Origin: Nanobdellota archaeon
GTDB taxonomy: Archaea > Nanobdellota > Nanobdellia > Woesearchaeales > GW2011-AR4
Assembly: GCA_038046385.1 (NCBI GenBank)
Contig: JBBSWH010000011.1
Span: 71,815 to 135,814, forward strand
DNA: 64,000 bases
Direction of reading: 5' to 3'
Part shown: positions 1-8,293 of the stretch, piece after piece
Layout: every line of letters begins with the position of its first letter
Numbering within the stretch: position 1 is the first letter of the stretch
Made by a program: the position numbers and the translations under genes
Notes under the pieces: model-generated
What the model saw: the letters and a program-made list of their open reading frames with translations, nothing else
The model's database searches: none
What the model was told of the DNA's origin: nothing

Positions 1-2
1 AA

Positions 3-806
3 TATTCATTTATCATCTTTGTAGGGGTTATAGGGTTGGCATATGTATACGAAATTTTTGTCACAAACCCTGATTACAGCCTCATACTGCTTCATTCTGT
101 TAAGCCTATCTTGACAAAAGAAAGCGCCCTCATTGCAGTGGGAATAATCGGAGCGACAGTCATGCCGCACGCTTTGTTCGTGCATTCATGGCTTGTAAAG
201 AACAAGATGAAAAACCCGGCTTTCAAGAACAAGAAAAAAACCCTCAAGTATCATGTTTGGGACAATGTTCTGTCATTAATCATAGCCGGATTTATCAATG
301 CTGCAATAATAATAATGGCAGCAGCGGCATTCCACTCTTCAGGAATAGCTGTTACAACGCTTAATCAGGCATACACAACACTAATCCCGCTGTTTGGAAA
401 ATTCGCTGCATTGGCATTTGCGCTCGCGCTTTTGTCTGCAGGAATCTCTTCTTCAGTTACGGGCACCCTTGCAGGCCAGTCTGTCATGGACGGATTGACT
501 GGATTTAAAATTCCATTATGGGTCAGGAGAGTTATAACAAGAGTTATTAACGTGATTCCGGTTACAATAGCTATCCTCATGGGGATTGAGCCGCTAAAAA
601 TATTAATTCTTAGCCAGGTCGCATTAAGCCTGCTCATACCTCTTCCTTTGATACCTCTTATAATGTACACAGCCGATAAGAAGATTATGAAAGAGCTTGT
701 TAACAGAAAAATAACCACAATATTTGCAGTGATATTTGCTTTTGTTATACTCTGCTTTAATGTATACCTTCTTTATCAGGTGATATTCGGCGGGGCAGGA
801 TTTTAA
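3..806 (+). CDS. mntH: NRAMP-family divalent metal (Mn2+) transporter, 5'-truncated by the window edge
   Basis: GATVMPHALFVHS motif, SSSVTGTLAGQ and SQVALS NRAMP signatures, many TM helices; frame is open to the window start. Confidence 0.92.
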   Translation, partial: YSFIIFVGVIGLAYVYEIFVTNPDYSLILLHSVKPILTKESALIAVGIIGATVMPHALFVHSWLVKNKMKNPAFKNKKKTLKYHVWDNVLSLIIAGFINAAIIIMAAAAFHSSGIAVTTLNQAYTTLIPLFGKFAALAFALALLSAGISSSVTGTLAGQSVMDGLTGFKIPLWVRRVITRVINVIPVTIAILMGIEPLKILILSQVALSLLIPLPLIPLIMYTADKKIMKELVNRKITTIFAVIFAFVILCFNVYLLYQVIFGGAGF

Positions 807-808
807 AT

Positions 809-1474
809 TTACCTGCTTTTTGCAACTCCTATTTTCGGGCAATATTGCTTTATTGCGCATTTTGAACAGATTGGTGAATTTGTAAAGCAGACATTCTGCC
901 CGTGAAGAACAAACAAGTCATTTAAGTCTCCCCAGTATTTTTTTGGGATTGTTTTCATCAAATCATCCATTGACTGCTCTGCGTTCTTTGTTTTAATCCA
1001 TCCCAATCTGTTGCTTATGACATGGACGTGCACGTCAACTGGGATATAATCAGTTTTTTTATGCCCGTAAACCATTGTTATGGCGGCTGTTTTCTTTCCA
1101 ACACCTTTTAGCGTCATCAGTTCTTCAAATGTATCCGGCACTTTTCCGTTGTGTTTTTCAAGAATGTCCCTGCAGATCCCTTTGATTGTCTTTGATTTTG
1201 TTATGTAATAATTGCACGACCTGATTATTTTTTGAAATTTGTTCATCGGCATTTTTAGAATTTTTTTAGGAGTGTCCGCAGCTTCAAATAATTTTAAAGA
1301 AACCGGTCCTGTTGTCCTGTCCTGCGTCCTTAAGCTTAAAATGCATGAGATTAAAACCTTGAATGGGTCTTTTTGTATTTCCCCTATTTTTGAAACAACC
1401 GGATTCTCAAAATTCTTGACTTCTTTTTTCAGAAGCGATATGATTTTGGAAATGTTTTTTAGATGGTGTTTCAT
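809..1474 (-). CDS. nth: Endonuclease III (HhH-GPD glycosylase with 4Fe-4S cluster)
   Basis: LKGVGKKTA HhH, IPVDVHV catalytic Asp, C-x6-C-x2-C-x5-C cluster motif. Confidence 0.95.
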   Translation of the reverse strand: MKHHLKNISKIISLLKKEVKNFENPVVSKIGEIQKDPFKVLISCILSLRTQDRTTGPVSLKLFEAADTPKKILKMPMNKFQKIIRSCNYYITKSKTIKGICRDILEKHNGKVPDTFEELMTLKGVGKKTAAITMVYGHKKTDYIPVDVHVHVISNRLGWIKTKNAEQSMDDLMKTIPKKYWGDLNDLFVLHGQNVCFTNSPICSKCAIKQYCPKIGVAKSR

Positions 1475-2157
1475 TTCAAAATCCTCCCGTTCTTTCTGCT
1501 CCAGAGCAATAAATCCAGCTCGTCCATGTCAATCCCGATTTTCTTCGAGAAATCCTTATATTTTTGTTCAATTTCTAAATAGTTTTTAGAGGTTAATTTT
1601 ATGTTTTCATTCAAAACACCAAATTCACGCATAGAATTCATAATATGTTTATCTAAGATGGCATATCCTCTAAATCCTATATTTCTTAAGAAATGCGATG
1701 CTTCCTTCATCCCAAGGCCTTTTACATTAATAACAAAAAAGTTGCGCAGATCATTCTTGCTGTCTTTTAAGGAATCTATTTTTTTCCTCAATTCAAAGTT
1801 AATGAACTTTTTTAGATGTTCTCTAGTATAAACAATGTATTTTGGCCTTATTCTATTAAACCTATTCCCATCTAACTTCCGTGTCATATCGTATGTGCTT
1901 CCCTTCATCAGTACATTTCGCACTTTATCCACAGATTTTAACCCTTCTTCTGCGCTGTTGTTTGCTGTGAATATGCAAAATGCAAGTTCCTCGAAAATCC
2001 TTTCATTATCATTTTTGTCAGAAGGAAGAAGCTTCAGATTATTGTCAATGTAGTGCCACGAATAAGGCTCATTGAAGAATTTTTCAAACTGAGAAAGTCT
2101 TTCCCTTATCTCATTTTTTTTGCTATTATATTCTACCTTTAGTTGTGCTGTCCCCAT
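1471..2157 (-). CDS. ogg: 8-oxoguanine DNA glycosylase/AP lyase (Ogg2 type)
   Basis: FEELAFCIFTAN, VKGLGMKEASHFLRNIG, AILDKHI, ELDLLLW and a C-terminal ILK typical of Ogg2. Confidence 0.92.
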   Translation of the reverse strand: MGTAQLKVEYNSKKNEIRERLSQFEKFFNEPYSWHYIDNNLKLLPSDKNDNERIFEELAFCIFTANNSAEEGLKSVDKVRNVLMKGSTYDMTRKLDGNRFNRIRPKYIVYTREHLKKFINFELRKKIDSLKDSKNDLRNFFVINVKGLGMKEASHFLRNIGFRGYAILDKHIMNSMREFGVLNENIKLTSKNYLEIEQKYKDFSKKIGIDMDELDLLLWSRKNGRILK

Positions 2158-2341
2158 AACCTTGGTATTACTTAATGTTTTTTAAAGCTTGCCTTGGGTT
2201 TTAGAGGATGTATCTTGGCAAGCTTTAAACAACACTCGGAGATTATGCAGTTGATTTGATTTTTTTATCACCTCTTAATAAATTCTGGTGATTCCTATAT
2301 AAATATTTAATTGAAGAAATTATTCCTAAAAGAATAAATAT

Positions 2342-2842
2342 CTATTTCTTTTTCTTTCCTTTGCTCTTTTTTTCTTTTGTCCTTGAATGTGCAATCCAAA
2401 AATATACTGCGATGAGGCCGGAGTAATTAAGCAGCATGAACCACCAAGTCCCCCAGCTTATTCCGTCAAATCTATAATTTGCCAAAGGCCATAAGAAAGG
2501 CGTGGGAAAAAACTTAGTTGAATGTGTCGGAATGTCAATCAGTATGTGTATCGGCCATCCAAGCATTGGCCAGAACCATTTTTTTGTTATTAAAAATACA
2601 ATTAAGAAAACAACGGCAAAAACAATCAGGCTGTGCGTCATATTGTATGCAGAAAAAATCCAGCTTGGCAGCGATTCAAGCGCCGGTTTTCCCCTGTGAA
2701 GCGTTCCTGTTGCGATGCCAATCACAAAAAGAATGCCAAAAGACAGCAAATCCGGCAAAACCCCGAAAAATGCCCCAAGCCATGCGTATTTCTTTTTATT
2801 GAATACTGCATAAGCCCATAATCCGTGCGCTAAAGTGTCCAT
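2342..2842 (-). CDS. YdjM-like membrane-bound metal-dependent hydrolase
   Basis: MDTLAHG, LPDL, THS, HILIDIPTH, PFLWP motifs with TM segments. Confidence 0.75.
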   Translation of the reverse strand: MDTLAHGLWAYAVFNKKKYAWLGAFFGVLPDLLSFGILFVIGIATGTLHRGKPALESLPSWIFSAYNMTHSLIVFAVVFLIVFLITKKWFWPMLGWPIHILIDIPTHSTKFFPTPFLWPLANYRFDGISWGTWWFMLLNYSGLIAVYFWIAHSRTKEKKSKGKKKK

Positions 2843-2843
2843 T

Positions 2844-2948
2844 TTATTGTAAATTTAGTGTATTTAAATCTCACACTTCAGTGAGAAATTTACAATCTAG
2901 CAGACTCACTTATTAATTAATCGGTAGTGCGGTGAGTCTGCGTTATTT
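2844..2948 (-). repeat. Dispersed double-hairpin element, family B, copy 1
   Basis: On the minus strand AATAAC-GCAGACTCAC..GTGAGTCTGC then ATTGTAAATT..AATTTACAATAA; same stems at 6413-6527 and 11020-11172. Confidence 0.85.
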
Positions 2949-3503
2949 TTTTAATGTTGATTTTGATATTAAATCAAGAAGTAATGGGAACTTTGTAAAT
3001 CCTGCTTCTTTGTTTAGGTGGCCCCCTTGAGGTATTATTCTTAATTCTGCTCCAACATATTTCGCAAGCTCTTTGCTTACATCGACTGTGATGTACTCAT
3101 CATTGTCAGAAGCAATAACAAAGAATTTTTTGCAGCCATTCTTTATTTTTTTCCAGTCGAATTTTTTGTCTGTAAAAGTTTCCAGTATTTTGTCATAAGG
3201 GCTTCCAAGCTGCTTGTGGAACCCTGCAACAAGAAATACGGAATTTACTTTTTTATCGGACTGTTCAAGATAATTAAGAATAAATGCGGCCCCGAGGCTG
3301 TGTCCAATCAAAACAGTTTCTTCATTAATTTTGTCTTCATGTTTTTTGATTATTCTTAGCCAGCTTTCAAGTGTCTGGTTTAGGGGAGTAGGAAACTTAG
3401 GGACAATAGTGTCATATCCCTTTGTTTCCATCTTTTTCTTAAGCCATGGAAACCAGTTTCCATCAGGACTGCTGTAGACTCCGTGTATTATTATGAAATT
3501 CAT
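2943..3503 (-). CDS. RBBP9/YdeN-family alpha/beta serine hydrolase
   Basis: IIHG, NWFPWL, GHSLG nucleophile elbow, SDND, GGHLN. Confidence 0.92.
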   Translation of the reverse strand: MNFIIIHGVYSSPDGNWFPWLKKKMETKGYDTIVPKFPTPLNQTLESWLRIIKKHEDKINEETVLIGHSLGAAFILNYLEQSDKKVNSVFLVAGFHKQLGSPYDKILETFTDKKFDWKKIKNGCKKFFVIASDNDEYITVDVSKELAKYVGAELRIIPQGGHLNKEAGFTKFPLLLDLISKSTLKK

Positions 3504-4015
3504 TTTATTTTTGCGTATAAGTAAGCATCAATATATTTGCCGTCTTTGCTGCAATGTTTTCTCAACAGCCCTTCTTTTTTGTATCCGTTTTTTACCAGCA
3601 CCCTGGAAGATTTTTTGTTGAATGAAAACACAGTTGCATAAATTCTGATTAATTTTAAATTATTTAAGCCATAATCTGTCACAAGATTTACCGCTTTTGT
3701 TATTATCCCTTTATTCCAATATTTTTTCCCCAGCCAGTATCCCATTTCTGCTTTATGGCATTCAATATGGTTGAATCCTATTCCCCCAACTACTTTTCCA
3801 TTTATGTCGATTGCGAAATTAATCTCTTTTTTATTTTTTAATTTTGCTAATTTTAAATTATAATTTATCCACCATTTAGCGTCTTTTTTGGTAAATGGAT
3901 GTGGAATCCTGCACGTATGCCTGTAAATATCAAAATCATTGACATTTTCTTTTAAAGATTCTTCATCGCCTTTTTTATAAAGCCTGATTACAAACCCTTT
4001 TCCTTTCAGTTTCAT
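3500..4015 (-). CDS. RimJ/RimL-type GNAT N-acetyltransferase
   Basis: AEMGYWLGKKYWNKG and NKKSSRVLVKNGYKKEG motifs. Confidence 0.9.
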   Translation of the reverse strand: MKLKGKGFVIRLYKKGDEESLKENVNDFDIYRHTCRIPHPFTKKDAKWWINYNLKLAKLKNKKEINFAIDINGKVVGGIGFNHIECHKAEMGYWLGKKYWNKGIITKAVNLVTDYGLNNLKLIRIYATVFSFNKKSSRVLVKNGYKKEGLLRKHCSKDGKYIDAYLYAKIK

Positions 4016-5784
4016 TTTCTTCTGATAAAATTGCTTAATGTAATCTGCTCATCTTTGTTTGCGCTTAAGTAAATGACCTGGCCTTCCTTGCTGCCCGACC
4101 TGTAAATAGAGATGCCTTTGCATCCAAGCTCATGCGCCATCATGAATATTTTTTCAATATCTTCAACTTTGGCATCTTTTGGCAGCGTAACTGTTTTTGA
4201 AATTCCATTGTCTACATACGTTTGGAATGCAGCCTGCATTTTTACGTGCCATTCAGCTTCAATGTCGCTTCCAATAACAAAAATGTTTCTTATTTCTTCC
4301 GGAATCTCCTTTATATTTTTTATAGACCCTTCCCTGTTTATTTTTTCAATTATTTCTTCTGTATAAATGCCGGAATCAGCAAGCTTTTCCTTCAGCTGCC
4401 TGTTGAAATAAATCAGGGTCTTTCCTTCTGCCGTGCTCCTGTTATAGCTTAATGCAAACAGCGGCTCGATTCCGCTTGACACATCTGCAATAATGCTTAT
4501 AGTGCCGGTTGGCGCGATTGTTGTTCTTGTTGCATTCCTTAATACAGCGTGATTTCCCTTAAAATGCCTGCTTTTTTTATTGTAAACGCTTTGATTCCAT
4601 GCAGGAAAAGCGCCCCTTTGCCCAGCAATAGCTACAGAAGAATTATCTGCTTCATTTGAAATGAATTTCATAACCTTTTCAGCAGTTTTTAATGCTTCAT
4701 CTGAATCATAAGCGATGTTCATCTTGATAAGCATGTCTGCAAACCCCATCACTCCGAGGCCAATTTTTCTGTTTTGCTCTACGAATTTTCTGTTTGCCTC
4801 AAGAGGATAATTGCACATGTCAATAACATTATCAAGGAAATGCACAGCAGAACGGACAACTCCCTTTAGCCTTTCAAAGTCTACAGTCCCATCTTTGACA
4901 AAGTTGCTTAAATTAATGCTTCCCAGGTTGCAGGATTCATAAGGCAATAATGGCTGTTCTCCGCATGAGTCTGTTGATTCAATTGTTCCAAGTGCTGGCG
5001 TTGGATTGCTTTTGTTGATTGTATCAATAAAAATAACTCCGGGGTCTCCGTTAAGCCATGCATGTTCGCATAATATCCTGAAAATCCTGCTAGCGCTTTC
5101 TTTTTTTACAAACTTTTTGGTTCTGTAATTTATTAGATTGTAATCTTTGTCTTTGGCGACTGCATTAAGGAATTTGTCAGTGACTGCCAATGAAATGTTG
5201 AAATTTGTAAGTGTGTTCTCGCGGCTTTTTATTGTTATGAATTCCTCAACATCAGGATGATCCACATTCAGGATGCCCATGTTTGCTCCCCTTAAAGTGC
5301 CTCCCAATTTAATCTGGCCGGTTGCTGCGTCAAATACTTTCATGAATGATACTGGACCGGATGTGAATCCTGCGCTTTCAATTATGTCGCCTTTTGGCCT
5401 TAAGTTAGAGAAGTTAAATCCGGTTCCTGCGCCTGTTTTGTGGATTAAAGCAGAATCATGCAGCGTCATGAATATAGAGCTTATGTCATCTTCTATCGGA
5501 AGCACAAAGCACCCGGCCAGCTGCTGCAGTTTTCTGCCTGCATTTATCAGGGTCGGGGAATTAGGAAGAAAATCAAGCGAAGCCATGAGGTTGTAGAACT
5601 CTTCTTCAGCCCTCTTTATGTTTTTTTTCTGGGATTTGTATTTTGCATCAGCCGATGCTACGTTTTTTGCAACCCTCCTGAACAGTTTTTCAGGCGTTTC
5701 AATTATCCTTCCCTTATCATCGCGCTTCAGGTATCTCTGCTCAAGAATCATCAATGCATTCTTCGATAAATGTGAGTGCTTCAT
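4012..5784 (-). CDS. nrdJ: Divergent class II (adenosylcobalamin-dependent) ribonucleotide reductase paralog; no ATP cone, no C-terminal Cys pair
   Basis: [60 protein letters not shown]; substitutions TDSCGE and KLGGTLRG; ends [11 protein letters not shown]. Confidence 0.88.
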   Translation of the reverse strand: MKHSHLSKNALMILEQRYLKRDDKGRIIETPEKLFRRVAKNVASADAKYKSQKKNIKRAEEEFYNLMASLDFLPNSPTLINAGRKLQQLAGCFVLPIEDDISSIFMTLHDSALIHKTGAGTGFNFSNLRPKGDIIESAGFTSGPVSFMKVFDAATGQIKLGGTLRGANMGILNVDHPDVEEFITIKSRENTLTNFNISLAVTDKFLNAVAKDKDYNLINYRTKKFVKKESASRIFRILCEHAWLNGDPGVIFIDTINKSNPTPALGTIESTDSCGEQPLLPYESCNLGSINLSNFVKDGTVDFERLKGVVRSAVHFLDNVIDMCNYPLEANRKFVEQNRKIGLGVMGFADMLIKMNIAYDSDEALKTAEKVMKFISNEADNSSVAIAGQRGAFPAWNQSVYNKKSRHFKGNHAVLRNATRTTIAPTGTISIIADVSSGIEPLFALSYNRSTAEGKTLIYFNRQLKEKLADSGIYTEEIIEKINREGSIKNIKEIPEEIRNIFVIGSDIEAEWHVKMQAAFQTYVDNGISKTVTLPKDAKVEDIEKIFMMAHELGCKGISIYRSGSKEGQVIYLSANKDEQITLSNFIRRK

Positions 5785-5785
5785 T

Positions 5786-6172
5786 TTATTTTACAAATTC
5801 TACCCCTTCTTTAGTTTTAAATTTTGAATCTCCGGTTAGAAAATGCATTTCCCTCTCCAAAGAAAATGCATATCCGACACAATCAATGTAGCTTAGCTTT
5901 TCTTTTTTATTTGCGAGTTTTATTTCCATGCCTATTTTTATTGCAGTATGAGTTAAATCCACACAAAAACCCAGCCAATAGTCAAAATAACGGTTTGCCT
6001 TTTCTTTTCCATAAACCCTGAGAAGGTGGTAGTACAATTCCATCAAATTAAATTCAGAAGTTACCAATGCAGAATTTTCATATTTTTTGTAATTTTCATT
6101 GCCGCCAATTATCTCTATCAAGGCGTATGTATCACAAAAAAAGATTTCAGTGCTCATCATATCCCTTATCAA
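5786..6172 (-). CDS. vapC: PIN-domain (VapC) toxin; true start may be 6157-6160
   Basis: CDTYALIE, NLME, LSYIDC, LTGD acidic PIN tetrad; overlaps the upstream antitoxin. Confidence 0.88.
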   Translation of the reverse strand: MIRDMMSTEIFFCDTYALIEIIGGNENYKKYENSALVTSEFNLMELYYHLLRVYGKEKANRYFDYWLGFCVDLTHTAIKIGMEIKLANKKEKLSYIDCVGYAFSLEREMHFLTGDSKFKTKEGVEFVK

Positions 6173-6371
6173 TGTCTTCCATCGCCTTTTGGGTAGACAT
6201 TTTAAGCTTCAATGTTCCAAAGATGCTGTCAAAACTTTTTTTTGAGTCTTTAAAAACCAAAACCTTTATTTTTTCATTTGGTTTTATTTTTTCATCCTTA
6301 ATTATATCTGCCGGTATGGTTATACCTAATGAATTTCCCCATCTTTTTGGTATTGCTTCAAATTGCTCCAT
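6147..6371 (-). CDS. vapB: AbrB/MazE-type antitoxin
   Basis: KRWGNSLGITIPADII swapped-hairpin motif; GGTGA RBS before the ATG at 6371. Confidence 0.88.
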   Translation of the reverse strand: MEQFEAIPKRWGNSLGITIPADIIKDEKIKPNEKIKVLVFKDSKKSFDSIFGTLKLKMSTQKAMEDIDKGYDEH

Positions 6372-6412
6372 TTTAATCACCACTTTTATGTATAATTTAA
6401 TTATATATAAAC

Positions 6413-6527
6413 TTATTGTAAATTCGTGGGTTTAATGCCTATACTTCAGCACGAATTTACAATCCCGCAGACTCGCCTATTAATTACGATGCGCAATAAT
6501 GCGCCGAGTGGCGAGTCTGCGTTATTT
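6413..6527 (-). repeat. Dispersed double-hairpin element, family B, copy 2
   Basis: Same stems as copy 1 with a compensatory change (CTCGC/GCGAG vs CTCAC/GTGAG). Confidence 0.85.
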
Positions 6528-6571
6528 ATTTTTGCAATAAATTTATATAATTTAGAATAAGAGACAATATT

Positions 6572-6850
6572 ATGGAGCATCTATCCATTAAAGACATTCA
6601 TGACAGGCTGGAGCAGCTTAATGAATGGGAACTTACAGGAGATGAGCTTGTAAAGGAATTTTCGTTTGACAGCTTCAAGGAAGCAATGAATTTTGCGCAT
6701 CAGGTCGGAGAAGAAGCTGAAAGGCAGAAGCATTATCCTGTAATCATCATAAGGGGAACCCTTGTTACAATAACATTGTCAACTCCCGCAGCAAACGGAG
6801 TCACGCACGATGATTTTAAGCTCGCAAGGGCAATAGAGCAGATGGTTTAA
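6572..6850 (+). CDS. phhB: Pterin-4-alpha-carbinolamine dehydratase-like protein
   Basis: W..L.KEF.F..F..AM.F, HYP, GVT..DF.LA..I pattern; catalytic His set is incomplete. Confidence 0.8.
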   Translation: MEHLSIKDIHDRLEQLNEWELTGDELVKEFSFDSFKEAMNFAHQVGEEAERQKHYPVIIIRGTLVTITLSTPAANGVTHDDFKLARAIEQMV

Positions 6851-6914
6851 TTATTTTCAAGTTCCTTATTTCATTGAAGCAGATTAAGGGCGAGTTTGTG
6901 AACTTGTAGTCAAA

Positions 6915-7115
6915 TTATTTTCTTTTTTTGTATTTTTTTCTATAATATTCTGTTTTTAGTATGTGTAAATACTCCATAATCCATCTTACTGGCCAATATT
7001 CTTTATGACCTGGTTTTGGCCAATTACCCATTCCATCAAAAGCAGGATGAGAATCTAAATAATTTTCAATTTTGTCCGTTTTCTTTTTCAGTTCTTTAAT
7101 GGATAGTTTACTCAT
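6915..7115 (-). CDS. Small hypothetical protein
   Basis: 66-aa ORF, co-oriented and closely packed with its neighbours. Confidence 0.5.
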   Translation of the reverse strand: MSKLSIKELKKKTDKIENYLDSHPAFDGMGNWPKPGHKEYWPVRWIMEYLHILKTEYYRKKYKKRK

Positions 7116-7126
7116 AGAACAAAAAA

Positions 7127-7432
7127 TTAATTTAATGCGTCTTCAATTTCTTTTTGCCTAGTAGGGAACTTTTCGATTAAAAAACGAACTAATTCTTCTG
7201 GATATCCCACCAAACGTTTAAATTCAATAGTATTTATTTTTAATTCCCTAGTGCAAGCGGCTCGTATAGTACTCTCCTTCCTACCATTTTCTTGAGCAAT
7301 TTTGTATAACGCTACATCGAAAGAATTATTATCCTTAATCATTAGTTTTGATACACCTATAACATGCTTAAATTGTTCATTTGGATTATTTCTCTCTTCA
7401 ATTTTTTTGAGCAATTTATCCCAATCTTTCAT
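7127..7432 (-). CDS. Hypothetical protein (possibly DNA-binding)
   Basis: 101-aa ORF directly after btuR, very AT-rich codons. Confidence 0.55.
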   Translation of the reverse strand: MKDWDKLLKKIEERNNPNEQFKHVIGVSKLMIKDNNSFDVALYKIAQENGRKESTIRAACTRELKINTIEFKRLVGYPEELVRFLIEKFPTRQKEIEDALN

Positions 7433-7441
7433 AGTCTTAAT

Positions 7442-8050
7442 CTAGTATTCAATTCCTTTTCTCGCGATAATCCCCTTCTGCCAGGGGTGCTTTACGCTTT
7501 GGACAACATTGACATAATCTGCCAATTCTATTATCTCCTGCGGAGCGTCTCTTCCTGTAAGCACAAGTTCAACTTTGCCGTGGTTTTTCAGAATATCAAG
7601 AACCTCATTTATCGGAATAAGGTTTTTTTCCAGAACGCAGTTTATCTCATCCATTATGACCATGTCATATTCTCCGCTTTTAATTGTTTTTTTCACATGC
7701 TCCCAGCCCTGCATCGCTGCATCTTTTTCCTTTATGTCCGGCTGAAATGTAAAAGTTCCTGTTTTGTCGGAGAATTCCTTAAAGTGTTTTTGCTTGTCTT
7801 TCAAGGCATCAACGCCAAACTGCTCTATTTCAAATCCCAATTTCTTTGCGCTGTAAATTTCTCCGGTAAATCCGCTCTTAAGAAATTGTATCATGCAAAC
7901 CTGAAGATTATTTCCAACAGCCCTTAATGCCAGTCCCAATGAAGAAGTTGTCTTTCCCTTTCCGTCTCCTGTTATGACATGAACAAGGCCAAGGTGATCC
8001 TTGCTGTTGTCCCCCTTTACTTTGATTGGATTCTTTATTTTCGTGAGCAT
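7442..8050 (-). CDS. btuR: Cob(I)alamin adenosyltransferase (CobA/CobO/BtuR)
   Basis: TGDGKGKTT P-loop, QFLK, DEIN, LTGR, KHP, ARKGIEY C-terminus. Confidence 0.95.
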   Translation of the reverse strand: MLTKIKNPIKVKGDNSKDHLGLVHVITGDGKGKTTSSLGLALRAVGNNLQVCMIQFLKSGFTGEIYSAKKLGFEIEQFGVDALKDKQKHFKEFSDKTGTFTFQPDIKEKDAAMQGWEHVKKTIKSGEYDMVIMDEINCVLEKNLIPINEVLDILKNHGKVELVLTGRDAPQEIIELADYVNVVQSVKHPWQKGIIARKGIEY

Positions 8051-8177
8051 TTTAGTATAGGTAACATTTTTGGCTTTAAATATTTATCATTAGTGGATTA
8101 CTTATCAGTATTGATTAAAATTATATGTAAATTTTTTAATGTTATTAGTTAATGAGTTTTATTATTGAAATTTAATC

Positions 8178-8248
8178 CCGTTCGGCTTCGCCTCACAAAA
8201 TATAGTGCTCGGGTTTCGCTCGGTTGCCAGTCGCTCAACCCTCGCCAA
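8178..8248. repeat. GC-rich REP-like hairpin cluster downstream of nrdJ
   Basis: GGC-TTC-GCC (GGCGAAGCC on the minus strand) and GGTTG..CAACC stems in an AT-rich spacer. Confidence 0.5.
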
Positions 8249-8293
8249 TCTATTGTTATAAAATAAAAATTAATTAAAAAGAAAAAAACAAAA

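Noticed and set aside
2844-2948. Integron attC site
   Set aside because: The stop codon within TAAC is suggestive, but there is no complementary GTTRRRY at the far end, the fold is two hairpins rather than one, and no integrase is in the window
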